A program made the position numbers and the translations under genes. Positions 9,303 to 19,912 of a DNA stretch of 64,000 nucleotides are shown one piece after another. The notes under the pieces are model-generated. The model saw nothing but the letters and a program-made list of their open reading frames with translations, was not told the DNA's origin and searched no databases. Source of the stretch: a bacterium (lineage in GTDB: Bacteria; Bacillota_I; Bacilli_A; RF39; UBA660); assembly GCA_029099845.1 (NCBI GenBank), contig JAQXOT010000006.1:230-64229 (forward strand), in the 5' to 3' direction. The number at the start of each line of letters is the position of its first letter. The first letter of the stretch is position 1.

Positions 9303-9977
9303 CTAATTATTTTTAATCTTATTAACAAAGTAATTAATTTTACTAGCCCAAGTCGTTCCTTCACAATATTTAGGAGCAATTGTCTCAACTGTAGTTCTAC
9401 CTACTGAAAAGTAATTCTTTTGCAAATTATTAATAAAGCCCTCTATTCCTGCATCCAAAGTATCAAACTTTTTAAAACTGCCACCATTACATCCAGGAGA
9501 TCCTTTTTGCCCACCAACATTATTACAATAACGTGCTAAATTTGAACACTTAGTACCACATCCTGTTTCATGTAATATAATAGCAACTGCAATATAAGGA
9601 TCAACTCCTTTTTCCAAGCATAACTTAGCAATCAACTCACCCTTACCAGCAATATAATCATTTCCTAAATTACGATTAAGTTTTGCACTAAGTTCTTCAA
9701 ACGTTAACCCATCATAAACTTCAACTCTTGGTGGAATATAAATAGATACTGGTCGAGCTTCCATATCAACTGCCGTTAATGCTGAACTATCAATTCGATA
9801 ATTTAAATCCCCTTTAGTTAAAACACTGTTAGACATAGCCATACTTAAATTACTACTATCTACACCATAACTTTTTATCTTTGCTGATGAATCATTATAT
9901 GTAAGCATAGCACCAATACTAACAAGGCTAACAGCTAAAACCAATAAAAATAATCCTATAATCTTAACTTTTCTCAA
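9303..9977 (-). CDS. membrane-anchored peptidoglycan hydrolase, glucosaminidase (mannosyl-glycoprotein endo-beta-N-acetylglucosaminidase) domain
   Basis: N-terminal TM anchor. GVDPYIAVAIILHETGCGT...NNVGGQKG is characteristic of the glucosaminidase family. Confidence 0.7.
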   Translation of the reverse strand: MRKVKIIGLFLLVLAVSLVSIGAMLTYNDSSAKIKSYGVDSSNLSMAMSNSVLTKGDLNYRIDSSALTAVDMEARPVSIYIPPRVEVYDGLTFEELSAKLNRNLGNDYIAGKGELIAKLCLEKGVDPYIAVAIILHETGCGTKCSNLARYCNNVGGQKGSPGCNGGSFKKFDTLDAGIEGFINNLQKNYFSVGRTTVETIAPKYCEGTTWASKINYFVNKIKNN

Positions 9978-10079
9978 AGTAATTCACCTCTGATAATAAT
10001 TACATACTAATTTTAACACTTTAAAAATATACTGTCAAATAAACTGCTATACTACTATAAAATATACAAATTATACTAA

Positions 10080-11648
10080 CTAATTATTAATTTTAAAAGT
10101 TTTAGGTGCAAACTTATAAACTAAAATCAGAGAAATAACAATATATAAAATTGTAAATATTAAACCACTTATTGAAAAAATCAAAGAAGATACTTTAACA
10201 TCAGTAAGTATATAAGCTATAAAATAAGTAAGACCTGATACCAAAGAATATACTGGTTTTTTCATTTCTAAATCTTTATTAAAAGGTTGCAATAAATAAT
10301 AAATTACTAAATAATGAACAGAGAAAAATACACTCAATAAAATAATAAATAATGGTATAGTTATATAATTAATTAATCCTGCTCCAGAAGAAAAATATAA
10401 AAGAAAAATTATCCCTATCGCAATAACTAAAGCCGGTATTAAATTAATTTTAACAACCATCCAAAGTCTTTTCTCAAATAATTTTAATAATACTCGTGGT
10501 TCTCTATAAAAATTATATGTAAGCATAGCATGATCACAATTATAAAACATAGCCTGTGTAACTATAGATCCTCGATTAATAAAATACATAATAATTACCA
10601 AATAACCAAGATTATTCTCTAACATATTACTTATCATTAAAGAAACATCCTTATTTACTATCGTTAATATAATTAAAACACCAATAACTAAAAAACTAAC
10701 TAAACCAAAATTTTTAGCACTTCTAAGTAATATTTCCTTATGTCTTTCAAAGAAAATAGTATTAAATAAATCATACCCACTTTTACCTATTAATTTCTTA
10801 TTATCAATAGTTTTATCTTTATCCTTAATATCAACCATAGCTTGCCTATTATAAGCACTAGCATTTTTTTCATTCATAGCCTGACGCATTGTATTTATTT
10901 TTTTATAAATAAGCTTATAATCTTTAATACTAAAAATATAACCTAAAAAACCTAAAGCCAAAATAGCCATTACTACAAATAATATTTCAAATATCAAAAC
11001 TGGTATATTAACTAAAAACCTAGGTAAAAAAACACTTACCAACATTACAATAAGATAACCATAAAGAAAAGTTGAATTACTAGTTAATAAATATCCCTTC
11101 TTTTTATAAAAAGCTATACTAATACCTTCCCCAACTATCCGGCATAAACAACTAAATATAGCCAAAACTAAAGCTAATAAAACAGGAATATTAATAAATA
11201 AAGATATAAAGAAAAATCCCACTAAATTAAGAATAAAAGAAACTAATAAGCCAAAAATAAAATCACAACGCATATATTCTTTAGCATCCATTTGAAATAA
11301 TACTATCGAAAAATATTTTTTACTACTAACATTAAGTAAATTATTATTAATAATAAGTCCAATAACAGCAAATACGACATATACATAAGAAAATGAAAAT
11401 ACCATATCATTACTAATGAATGCTGCTAAAAAATAAATAACAAAGAAATATAATAACCTAGACAAAATTAATCTAGCACTTGTTAAAAATATACCAAGGA
11501 ATCTAACAAAGGCCTTAAAAGAAGAACTATTATATAAATTATCACTAATTAAATCCCTTAAAATAGGTAATTTTTTAATATTATAAATAAACGCATTAGT
11601 TGCATAAGCAACATCTATTTTAAACGTAGTTTTTAATATATTAAACAT
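10080..11648 (-). CDS. polytopic membrane protein, putative ABC transporter permease partner
   Basis: 522 aa with many hydrophobic helices. Its start overlaps the upstream ABC ATPase gene by 8 nt, suggesting translational coupling. Confidence 0.55.
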   Translation of the reverse strand: MFNILKTTFKIDVAYATNAFIYNIKKLPILRDLISDNLYNSSSFKAFVRFLGIFLTSARLILSRLLYFFVIYFLAAFISNDMVFSFSYVYVVFAVIGLIINNNLLNVSSKKYFSIVLFQMDAKEYMRCDFIFGLLVSFILNLVGFFFISLFINIPVLLALVLAIFSCLCRIVGEGISIAFYKKKGYLLTSNSTFLYGYLIVMLVSVFLPRFLVNIPVLIFEILFVVMAILALGFLGYIFSIKDYKLIYKKINTMRQAMNEKNASAYNRQAMVDIKDKDKTIDNKKLIGKSGYDLFNTIFFERHKEILLRSAKNFGLVSFLVIGVLIILTIVNKDVSLMISNMLENNLGYLVIIMYFINRGSIVTQAMFYNCDHAMLTYNFYREPRVLLKLFEKRLWMVVKINLIPALVIAIGIIFLLYFSSGAGLINYITIPLFIILLSVFFSVHYLVIYYLLQPFNKDLEMKKPVYSLVSGLTYFIAYILTDVKVSSLIFSISGLIFTILYIVISLILVYKFAPKTFKINN

Positions 11649-12357
11649 TTTTTTGTTCCTTCAAACTATTAATAATTTTATCCTTATATTTCTTTGCATT
11701 TAAATTATTCTTCTCTACTAATTCCAATTGCTTATTATTCAATATAACAATACAATCACATAAATCAAGAGCAAGCTCTAAAATATGTGTAGAAAAAATA
11801 ATTATATGATCCTTTTTTAAATTCTTAAATAATTTTTTCATTTCTTCTTGAACAACTATATCTAAAGAAGTAAGTGGTTCATCTAATAAAATAACCTTAG
11901 TATCAGCAATTATATTAATAAGTATTTGCATTTTATTTTTCATACCATGCGAATAATCTCTTAATAATTTATTTTGATCAGCCTCATCTATTTGTACCAT
12001 TTTAAAATATTCTTCTAGGCTTTTTTCTTCTTTAATTTTTCCTTTATTAATATCCAAAAAAAACTGTAAAAACTCTTTAGCCGTTAAAAATTCTGGAACT
12101 ATTGGTGTAGAAACAACATAGCCAATATCACTAGTTTTAAGCGAAGAAGCTCCATTATCATCATCAATTAAAAATTCACCTGAGTCAATATCAACATCCC
12201 CATTTAAACAATTAAAAAATGTTGTTTTCCCAACTCCATTTCTACCAATAAGTCCATATATTTTACCACTTTCAAAAGAAAAACTAATATCTTTTAATAC
12301 TTGATTATTACCATAACTTTTACTTAAACTATTTATTTGTAATTTCAAAAACCTCAC
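11641..12357 (-). CDS. ABC transporter ATP-binding protein
   Basis: Walker A GRNGVGKTT, signature-like YSHGMKNK, Walker B ILLDEP. Confidence 0.88.
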   Translation of the reverse strand: MRFLKLQINSLSKSYGNNQVLKDISFSFESGKIYGLIGRNGVGKTTFFNCLNGDVDIDSGEFLIDDDNGASSLKTSDIGYVVSTPIVPEFLTAKEFLQFFLDINKGKIKEEKSLEEYFKMVQIDEADQNKLLRDYSHGMKNKMQILINIIADTKVILLDEPLTSLDIVVQEEMKKLFKNLKKDHIIIFSTHILELALDLCDCIVILNNKQLELVEKNNLNAKKYKDKIINSLKEQKNV

Positions 12358-12383
12358 CTCTACAAATATTATATCACAAACTA

Positions 12384-12417
12384 AAAAAGAAAAAATACTA
12401 GTCTATAAACTAGTATT
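12384..12417 (-). terminator. rho-independent terminator after galE
   Basis: On the minus strand: AATACTAGT-ttatag-ACTAGTATT followed by a T-rich run. The hairpin overlaps the galE stop codon. Confidence 0.55.
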
Positions 12418-13474
12418 AAAATATCTCCCCATGCTCCTTTATATAATTTTTCTGATATAAATAACTATCTCTACACATATCATCAATCCCATATAAAGCC
12501 TTAAATCCCAATTCTTTAAAAGCTTTATTGGTATCAGCATAGCAAGCCGCTATATCGCCATCTCTTTTTGCTACTATTTTATATGGTACTTTCACATTAT
12601 TAACCTTCTCATAAGTATTAATTAAATCTAAAACACTGTACCCCTTACCTGTACCTAAATTATAAAAATCAATTCCTAAAGAATTAAAGCACTTCTCCAT
12701 CGCCAATAAATGCCCTCGAGCCAAATCAACAACATGAATATAATCTCTAACCCCAGTACCATCTAAAGTATCATAAGAATCCCCAAAAACTTTTACATAT
12801 TTATATTCTGCTACCTGTTCTTTTTCTTCTCTTTCATTATTAGCCGCAACTCTCATAATATAAGGCATTAAATTATTAGGTATTCCCTTTGGATTTTCTC
12901 CCAGTAACCCACTTTTATGAGCTCCGATAGGATTAAAATATCGTAAAACAACTACTGAAAAATTAGGATTAGCCTTACAAATATCAGCTAATATTTCTTC
13001 ATTCATTAACTTTGTTGTTCCATAAGGATTAGTTGTTGATAATGGTGCATCTTCCTTTATCGGTAAAGACCTAACCTTACCATAAACGGTGGCACTTGAT
13101 GAAAAAATTAATCTTTGGCAATTATACTTCAACATAACTTTACATAGATTTAATGTTGCTAAAAGATTATTCTGATAATACTTTATAGGTTCTTTTACTG
13201 ATTCTCCTACTGCTTTATATGCTGCAAAATGAATTACTGCCTCTATCTTATTTTCCGAAAAAACAGTATCCATAGCCTCATAACTGCAGACATCAAAATC
13301 ATAAAAATCTACTTTTTTACCAGTTATTTTCTCAATTCTTTGCAAAACATCTATCGTTGAATTATACAAATTATCAACTATAACTACCTCATATCCATTA
13401 TTTAAAAGTTCAACACACGTATGACTTCCGATATAACCAAGCCCACCAGTAACTAAAACTTTAATATAAATCAC
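12416..13474 (-). CDS. galE: UDP-glucose 4-epimerase
   Basis: VLVTGGLGYIGSH Rossmann motif, PYGTTKLM (YxxxK), and full-length collinearity with GalE. Confidence 0.9.
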   Translation of the reverse strand: MIYIKVLVTGGLGYIGSHTCVELLNNGYEVVIVDNLYNSTIDVLQRIEKITGKKVDFYDFDVCSYEAMDTVFSENKIEAVIHFAAYKAVGESVKEPIKYYQNNLLATLNLCKVMLKYNCQRLIFSSSATVYGKVRSLPIKEDAPLSTTNPYGTTKLMNEEILADICKANPNFSVVVLRYFNPIGAHKSGLLGENPKGIPNNLMPYIMRVAANNEREEKEQVAEYKYVKVFGDSYDTLDGTGVRDYIHVVDLARGHLLAMEKCFNSLGIDFYNLGTGKGYSVLDLINTYEKVNNVKVPYKIVAKRDGDIAACYADTNKAFKELGFKALYGIDDMCRDSYLYQKNYIKEHGEIF

Positions 13475-13986
13475 TCTCCATATAATTTATTATACTCATC
13501 AAACACTAATAATAATTCTCTACCAATATTCTCATCGATAGTCTTATCTTTTATACCATCCCTTAAAAATCTTTTAAAATCTTCTAACTTAACATAAAAT
13601 AAACCAAAATCAGTTTGACTTTCTAATTCATCATAATTAGTTTCTAATAAATTAGGTAAATCATTAGAAACAATTCGATAATAATAAATTTTATTACAAA
13701 CATTCTTACCACTATTAAAATAATTTTTAGCGTAAGTCATAATTTGCATAAATGGTCCACTAACACTATCAACATCTATTCCCGTTTCTTCTTTTACTTC
13801 CCTAAGTAAAGCTTCCTCCATATCTTCACCATCTTCTACATGGCCTCCAATCAATTGATATGTGTTATTATTATGAGCCACTAATACTTCGTTATTATTA
13901 TTGATAATAACTCCCTTTACCCTAATAACTTCATAGTCCAAATCATCAATCTCTAAATTATTATCATTAATAAATATCATTTTCAT
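13471..13986 (-). CDS. NUDIX hydrolase
   Basis: Nudix box GGHVEDGEDMEEALLREVKEETGI. 4-nt overlap with galE. Confidence 0.8.
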   Translation of the reverse strand: MKMIFINDNNLEIDDLDYEVIRVKGVIINNNNEVLVAHNNNTYQLIGGHVEDGEDMEEALLREVKEETGIDVDSVSGPFMQIMTYAKNYFNSGKNVCNKIYYYRIVSNDLPNLLETNYDELESQTDFGLFYVKLEDFKRFLRDGIKDKTIDENIGRELLLVFDEYNKLYGE

Positions 13987-13995
13987 ATAAACTCC

Positions 13996-15072
13996 TTAAT
14001 AAATAAATCTCTCCCAATAATCAACAACATCAGAATTAACTGTATCAAAATAAGTATCAATCATAAGTGACATATAAGATGATTTCTTCCATATTGGGTA
14101 CTCTATTGAAGTAAAACAAGAAGCCTTACTAGTCGCCGTCATATATTCAAACGTTGAAGCTCGATCTTCATCTTCATTAGTTTGAGCATAATTATTTACA
14201 AAAAAGGCTGAAGGAATACCCGTTTTACTATAAGAATAATTAGAATTAGCTTCTTGACCATAAACAAAATCTACCGGATTATAAGTATTCCAAATACTAA
14301 ATTCCCCATGTTTTTTTTCGATAAAATGTTCAATATAATGATATACCTCATGATTAAAACTTTCACTAAATGGATAATCCATTGCAATTGAAATAATAAC
14401 ATCATTTTCCTTACGATCCGTAACACCAGTAACATTAGGTGTTGTATATCGTTGCACCAAAAATATTTCTAAATTTAAATTAGCACTAGCAAATTCCTTA
14501 AAAAAACCTTGTGGATATAAAGCCAAAGCTGTATTTAAATCATTTAATCCTTTTTTTATAATTTCTTTAGAGGAAATTGAAACAATTCCTAGTGAGCCGG
14601 CTGCATAAGTATCAGTTTCCAAACCATATTTAACTTTAATTCCATAAGTAGCTTCTATTGTCTTTCGTAATATATCATTATCGTCTACTTCTTCTATAGA
14701 AGGAGATATCTCTACCGTAGGTGTATCATCAACCACTGGCGGAGTATAACTAGTAGAATTATCTGGTACTACATTTTCTATTGCTGGGGTATCATTCGGA
14801 GTACTAACCTCTTCTTCTGGAATACTTACCTCAGTTGAACCATTTCCTGTTGCCATATTTCCAGTATCACTACTAGATTCTTCTTCAAAACCAGTATCGT
14901 TAGTAGTTGACACAATTATCTTATCATCATCACCTTGAGCAATAATTATATCTTTAACAGGATCATTAAAAGCATCCTTTTCTAAAAAATCCAAATAAAG
15001 ACCAGAAAAAATAAACAAAAATGACAACGAAAACAAAACTTTTCCAAGTGCTAATAATCGTCTATTACTCAT
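13996..15072 (-). CDS. membrane-anchored protein with a putative zinc-metalloprotease HExxH motif
   Basis: N-terminal TM helix, an S/T/P/E-rich linker, and a globular domain containing FNHEVYHYIEH (HExxH). Confidence 0.45.
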   Translation of the reverse strand: MSNRRLLALGKVLFSLSFLFIFSGLYLDFLEKDAFNDPVKDIIIAQGDDDKIIVSTTNDTGFEEESSSDTGNMATGNGSTEVSIPEEEVSTPNDTPAIENVVPDNSTSYTPPVVDDTPTVEISPSIEEVDDNDILRKTIEATYGIKVKYGLETDTYAAGSLGIVSISSKEIIKKGLNDLNTALALYPQGFFKEFASANLNLEIFLVQRYTTPNVTGVTDRKENDVIISIAMDYPFSESFNHEVYHYIEHFIEKKHGEFSIWNTYNPVDFVYGQEANSNYSYSKTGIPSAFFVNNYAQTNEDEDRASTFEYMTATSKASCFTSIEYPIWKKSSYMSLMIDTYFDTVNSDVVDYWERFIY

Positions 15073-15160
15073 ACATTCATCCCCTAGTCTAATACGATTA
15101 TATCAAACAAAAAAAGAAAATACTACCAAAAAGAAAAAGAAGTAATTAAACTTCTAATTA

Positions 15161-16069
15161 TTAAGCAGCCTTTTTAATTAATACGTTAGATTTTTCTCCT
15201 TGTTCCTTAAGAGCTTTATTCATCGAACTAATTTCCGCATATAAGGCCTGAGCTTCCTTCACCTTTCCCTCACGATATAAAGCACTAGCCTTTTTCATCA
15301 GTTCCTCTATTTTTTCTTTAGAAACATTAGAATTTTTAGCAACTACCCCAAAATCTAAAGAACGTGCTTGTGTTACAAATGAAGCTTTTAACTTATTATA
15401 TTGTCTTTCATTAACTAAAATAGCTTTTACTTTACTATCACTGTTTTTAATAAATTTAAAGCTAGCCTTTTTCAAAGCTCCACCAGCATTAGGTGCTAAT
15501 ACTTGATTATTAACAGCATTTGGTAAAGAATTATCAGAAACTGTACTAACTGGAGCTACAACATTACCACTAGGTGGTGCAACAGAAGTTGCACTAGGAG
15601 AAACCGTATTAACTACCTTAAGTGGTGCTGGAGTTGAATTATTTGGAAAAGAATTACCTCCAGAGTTACTTGTTACTGTCTGTTGAGGCATTGCTTTATT
15701 AGCATCTACTGCTGGACTTACAGGCATCTTAGCTTGAGGAACCATTTTTTCTTGTTGTGGTGCTTGTTCAACCGGTTTTGCTACATTTGAAGCAACAACA
15801 GGGGCACTCTTTTGCTTAACATTTCCACCTAAATCAATACCCTTAACTGAGTTAAGGTTATTAACATCAACCATAAGTGATTTAACATTACCTGCTGCTT
15901 TATTTAATAAAATAATCCTCTGAAAAATATCTGACTCCATCTTAATAACATCTTGAGCCTGATTATTCGCAATAATTTCAATCATTTGAGCTAGTTCACT
16001 AACATGATCAGCAAAAACATCAAAAAAAGTAGCCTTTAAATCTTTAATAGTACTATTAAATTGTGCCAT
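15161..16069 (-). CDS. hypothetical protein with a central P/Q/V/S-rich low-complexity region
   Basis: 302-aa ORF with helical N- and C-terminal parts. No family recognised. Confidence 0.45.
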   Translation of the reverse strand: MAQFNSTIKDLKATFFDVFADHVSELAQMIEIIANNQAQDVIKMESDIFQRIILLNKAAGNVKSLMVDVNNLNSVKGIDLGGNVKQKSAPVVASNVAKPVEQAPQQEKMVPQAKMPVSPAVDANKAMPQQTVTSNSGGNSFPNNSTPAPLKVVNTVSPSATSVAPPSGNVVAPVSTVSDNSLPNAVNNQVLAPNAGGALKKASFKFIKNSDSKVKAILVNERQYNKLKASFVTQARSLDFGVVAKNSNVSKEKIEELMKKASALYREGKVKEAQALYAEISSMNKALKEQGEKSNVLIKKAA

Positions 16070-16082
16070 TTGATTTCACCAC

Positions 16083-16349
16083 CTAATCTGCATTAGCGAT
16101 TTGCTTCAAAAGACGTTGAACATCACTCCACTCAGCATCACTAGTAATTTCTTCAATCCTAAAATTTGGAGCATCTTTATATATTTTAGAAACATAAATT
16201 ACTCTATTTTTTGCTTCCCCACGCCTTTCCCCTTTAGTATAAACAACATAATGTCTTAACTTATCGGGTGAAGTCAAATAAGTAACAACTTCAATTTCTT
16301 TTTTATTCCCCAAAGAATCTACAAGTTCAACAATTTCATTTTCTTCCAT
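16083..16349 (-). CDS. DUF1292-family small acidic protein
   Basis: 88 aa. The pattern IVELVDSLGNKKEIEVVTYL...YVVY is typical of DUF1292/UPF0473. Confidence 0.65.
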   Translation of the reverse strand: MEENEIVELVDSLGNKKEIEVVTYLTSPDKLRHYVVYTKGERRGEAKNRVIYVSKIYKDAPNFRIEEITSDAEWSDVQRLLKQIANAD

Positions 16350-16422
16350 AGCAAACTCCCTCTATTCTAAATACTATTATACATTCTATTTTAAAATAAG
16401 TAAACTAGGGAAATTCTAAAAA

Positions 16423-17544
16423 TTATTTTTCAAAGTTAAGATGTTCAATATTTTTCTGAAGAGAAATTATAAACTTATCTATCTCTTCTTTTGTTGTTAA
16501 ATAACTAATACTAATACGCATACTATGCATAGCCTTATCCATATCTCCACTAACAGAAAATACCGATCTTGAATAATTTCCTAACGAACAAGCTGTCTGT
16601 GTAGATATATAAATATCATCCTGTTCTAAAGCATGAAGCATTGTCTCTGACTTTATTCCATGCAAACTAATATTAACAATATGTGGTACACAATAACTAT
16701 TACTATTAATTGTAACATCCAACTTTTTTAATTTTGAAATTAAATATTTATTTAAATAAGAAACTCTTGCATATTTTGCCGAAAAATCATTATAAGCCAA
16801 GCGTAATGCTTTAGCTAAAGATACAATTAGTGCTAAAGCCGGAGTACCACTACGATAACTAGTTGTTGATTTACCTCCATGAATTAATGGTTCAATAACA
16901 ATATTTTCTTTTTTTAATAAACAGCCAATTCCTTTCATACCATAAAATTTTTGCCCAGAAAAAGAAGCCAAATCTAGTAATGATAAATCAACTTCTATTT
17001 TTCCAATACACTGCGTTATATCACTATGAAGATAGCATTTAGGATATTCTCTTACTATTTTACTAATCTCAGCAAGCGACTGAATAACACCAACCTCACT
17101 ATTAACACAAGCAATTGATACCAAAATAGTATCATTTCTCATTAATCTTTTTAAATCATCTAAATCAACTAAACCATTGCTGTCTAATTTTACATAAGAA
17201 ATTTCAAAGCCTAAACTTTCTAAATACTTAATTGGTTCTAAAACCGAAGAATGTTCAAGTTCTGTTGTAATAATATGTTTTCCTCTATTTTGATATTTTA
17301 AAGCAATCCCCTTAACAGCCAAATTATTTGCCTCACTTGCTCCACTAGTATAAATAACTTCCATATTTTGAGCTTTTAAAATATCTTTAATTTGTGCTGT
17401 AGATGCATCTATAAGGTTTTTAGCTTCAATTCCCAATTTATGCAATGAATTAGGATTACCAATATATTTATTAACTACTTTAACATAAGTATCTAATACT
17501 TCCTCATTTACTGGCGTAGTTGCACTATAATCCAAATATACCAT
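16423..17544 (-). CDS. cysteine desulfurase (class V aminotransferase, NifS/IscS-like)
   Basis: MVYLDYSATTPV N-terminus, HSDITQ, the PLP-Lys region SGQKFYG, and the catalytic Cys loop TQTACSLG. Confidence 0.85.
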   Translation of the reverse strand: MVYLDYSATTPVNEEVLDTYVKVVNKYIGNPNSLHKLGIEAKNLIDASTAQIKDILKAQNMEVIYTSGASEANNLAVKGIALKYQNRGKHIITTELEHSSVLEPIKYLESLGFEISYVKLDSNGLVDLDDLKRLMRNDTILVSIACVNSEVGVIQSLAEISKIVREYPKCYLHSDITQCIGKIEVDLSLLDLASFSGQKFYGMKGIGCLLKKENIVIEPLIHGGKSTTSYRSGTPALALIVSLAKALRLAYNDFSAKYARVSYLNKYLISKLKKLDVTINSNSYCVPHIVNISLHGIKSETMLHALEQDDIYISTQTACSLGNYSRSVFSVSGDMDKAMHSMRISISYLTTKEEIDKFIISLQKNIEHLNFEK

Positions 17545-17570
17545 TATCTCACCTCAAATAAATCAAACAA

Positions 17571-17753
17571 TTAATCTCCGCTAATATTATAAAGATCATA
17601 ATTAAGCTGAGCAACAGCCAACTCAATCGCCATCAATTTTTCACTATTAGTAAGATTATCATTCTTTTTTAACATTGAAACTATTTCCTCTGCCGCCTTA
17701 ATAATTTCTTCTTTATTATCCAACAAATTAATTTTCTCTAACATATAATTCAT
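17571..17753 (-). CDS. small hypothetical protein
   Basis: 60-aa ORF lying between two co-oriented genes. No family recognised. Confidence 0.35.
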   Translation of the reverse strand: MNYMLEKINLLDNKEEIIKAAEEIVSMLKKNDNLTNSEKLMAIELAVAQLNYDLYNISGD

Positions 17754-17771
17754 TTTATCACCTCAAAATAC

Positions 17772-18389
17772 TTAACTATTATATTCCCTTAACGTATCAT
17801 GCAAAGACTGCATCTTCAAATCTAACTCATTAATATCTTTTGAACATTCCGATAACCCTATTTGAATTTCCTTCGGTATTTTCTTAGGAAACTTATATCG
17901 TAATTTATGATCTAAGCTAGCCCAACAATCCATCGCAACAGTTCTAATTTGAATTTCCGTTTCAATATATTCCGTTCTTTTTTCTAAATGAATAGGAACT
18001 AATACAATTAAATGATAGCTTCTATAACCACTATCTTTAGGATTAGAAATATAATCATTTTCTCTTTTTATAATAAATTGATCTGTTCCTTTAATTAGAT
18101 CAACAATATCATAAACATCTGATAAAAAAGAACATACTATTCTAATTCCAATCATATCATAAACTTTTCTAATTAAATTATCGACTGTAATCTCACAATT
18201 TTTATCTTTTAACTTATTAATAGCACTATCTAAAGACTTCATTCGCGTTTTAATATGTTCAACAGGATTATACCCTTTTTTATATTCATACTCCTTAAGT
18301 AATATATTTAATTCCGTTTCTAATCTTTGCATTGCAAAATTATACTTAAGCATCATCTCTTTATATGCTTCATCTTCAGTAATGTTCAT
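17772..18389 (-). CDS. small alarmone synthetase, GTP pyrophosphokinase (RelP/RelQ, YwaC/YjbM family)
   Basis: NPVEHIKTRMKS, GIRIVCSF, GYRSYHLIV, EIQIRTVAMDCWASLDHK. Collinear with housekeeping RelP/RelQ. Confidence 0.85.
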   Translation of the reverse strand: MNITEDEAYKEMMLKYNFAMQRLETELNILLKEYEYKKGYNPVEHIKTRMKSLDSAINKLKDKNCEITVDNLIRKVYDMIGIRIVCSFLSDVYDIVDLIKGTDQFIIKRENDYISNPKDSGYRSYHLIVLVPIHLEKRTEYIETEIQIRTVAMDCWASLDHKLRYKFPKKIPKEIQIGLSECSKDINELDLKMQSLHDTLREYNS

Positions 18390-18398
18390 TTATCCTCC

Positions 18399-18665
18399 CT
18401 ATTTATTTGTATTTTCATAATAATCTCTTTCCGCAATAGTTAATGATATCGCATCCAAATCATCTAATAACTCCAAATCTTCATTATAAAAAACATCTTC
18501 TATTCTCATCAAAACATCTTTCAAATTACTACAAGACTTATAATCAATTTTATATCGTTCTAATACCTCTATTTCTCTATTAGTAAGCATTACATTACCA
18601 CAATCAACTAAACTATCACTAAAAAAATCCATATCATTTACTATCTTCTCTACATCATATTCCAT
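18399..18665 (-). CDS. small acidic hypothetical protein
   Basis: The ORF runs to 18701. The ATG at 18665 (MEYDVEKIV) follows an AGGAAG RBS. Confidence 0.4.
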   Translation of the reverse strand: MEYDVEKIVNDMDFFSDSLVDCGNVMLTNREIEVLERYKIDYKSCSNLKDVLMRIEDVFYNEDLELLDDLDAISLTIAERDYYENTNK

Positions 18666-18704
18666 AACATTTCTTCCTAAGACGAAAATAGAACCCAACA
18701 AGTC

Positions 18705-19229
18705 CTATTTACACGTATACCCACCTTTTTTCATTCTTGTCATAGCTTCTCCCTCAGTATACTTATCTTTAATTTTTAAAGTAATTACTTCGCTACTTTT
18801 GGTATTTGGATTAATCTTTATTTTTAATCCATCCTCATCAACAAAACTAATATTATTTAAAATAAGAGTTTCATCAGTTTCTACTTCTATTTCTACAATA
18901 ACGTAATCTAATCCCTTAGATACCCTAACAACATCTTGATCTAAATAAGCATATGAATCTACAAGTTTTTCTCTTATCTCTTCTAAATATTTATCATCAT
19001 TTAAATACTTATCAGGTAAGATAATTTTCTTAGTAAGTGACATTTTACTTATTTTATTATTGCCAAGTTCTGCAACTAAATCTTCTAAAACAATAATTCC
19101 TAAATCATCAGTTGTCTTTTTACTACATTCTATATAAGGTTGTTTAACTGTAACAAATAAATAAATTATTACTAACAATACTGCAATCGTAATAATAGAT
19201 GGTATAATCCGATATTTTTTAAAAGCCAC
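18705..19229 (-). CDS. membrane-anchored hypothetical protein
   Basis: 174 aa with an N-terminal TM helix (IIPSIITIAVLLVIIYLFV). Confidence 0.45.
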   Translation of the reverse strand: MAFKKYRIIPSIITIAVLLVIIYLFVTVKQPYIECSKKTTDDLGIIVLEDLVAELGNNKISKMSLTKKIILPDKYLNDDKYLEEIREKLVDSYAYLDQDVVRVSKGLDYVIVEIEVETDETLILNNISFVDEDGLKIKINPNTKSSEVITLKIKDKYTEGEAMTRMKKGGYTCK

Positions 19230-19312
19230 AAGCTATCACCTCTGAATTCATTATACCACGTTCACTTTCATAGAAAAAGTACTAAAAACTGACAAATAAA
19301 CTAAATTTAAAA

Positions 19313-19351
19313 GAAATAAAAAACTTGCAAGCCTAACTAAAGCTTACAAGT
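19313..19351 (-). terminator. rho-independent terminator after hsp20
   Basis: On the minus strand: ACTTGTAAGC-loop-GCTTGCAAGT followed by a T-run. Confidence 0.55.
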
Positions 19352-19397
19352 TCAAATTCAATGTAAGAAACATATAATCATATTCTTACTATATAAT

Positions 19398-19787
19398 CTA
19401 TTTAATTTCGATAGTCTTTTTATTTTCTACTTTTTCTTTTTTAGGTATTGTAATACTTAATAGTCCATTGTTAAATGAAGCTTCTATTCTATCCTCATCC
19501 AAATCACCTAGATAAAATGATCTCTCATATTTACCATAAACTCTTTCACGACGAATATAGTTTTTACCCTCTTCATCTACAGGTGCTTCCTTTGTAGCTG
19601 TAATAACAAGGTACCCTTCCTTTACCTCCATTGAAATATCTTTCTTTTCAAAACCGGGAGCTTCCATATCAATGTGATAAACATCATCTTTTTCATAAAT
19701 ATCGCATTTTAAACCTTGCTCTCTTTTTGTAGAAATAAAATCATCAAAAATATCATCTAAATAAATTTTTCTTGGAATCATATCCAT
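19398..19787 (-). CDS. small heat-shock protein, Hsp20/alpha-crystallin family
   Basis: Alpha-crystallin domain (DIYEKDDVYHIDMEAPGFEKKDI...NGLLSITIPKK). The ORF extends to 19796 but the GGAAG RBS favours the ATG at 19787. Confidence 0.88.
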   Translation of the reverse strand: MDMIPRKIYLDDIFDDFISTKREQGLKCDIYEKDDVYHIDMEAPGFEKKDISMEVKEGYLVITATKEAPVDEEGKNYIRRERVYGKYERSFYLGDLDEDRIEASFNNGLLSITIPKKEKVENKKTIEIK

Positions 19788-19830
19788 ATCTATCATCTTC
19801 CTCTCGTATATTTAAGTTATACCACTATTT

Positions 19831-19857
19831 TTAGCACTTGTCAAGTTAAAGTGCTAA
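19831..19857 (-). promoter_or_regulatory. CIRCE (HrcA operator) overlapping the hsp20 promoter
   Basis: TTAGCACTT-N9-AAGTGCTAA. On the minus strand the spacer contains TTGACA, and TATAAC lies 17 nt downstream. Confidence 0.8.
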
Positions 19858-19912
19858 AAATGTTTATTCTACACTATATATAATATACAATTAATGGAAA
19901 ATAATACTAAAA

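Noticed and set aside
17571-18701. Possible toxSAS toxin-antitoxin module (small alarmone synthetase flanked by 60-aa and ~90-aa ORFs)
   Set aside because: The synthetase is collinear with housekeeping RelP/RelQ (YwaC/YjbM) over its whole length and sits in a core-gene context. The small neighbours show no antitoxin-like features. Nothing in the sequence distinguishes it from a normal SAS.
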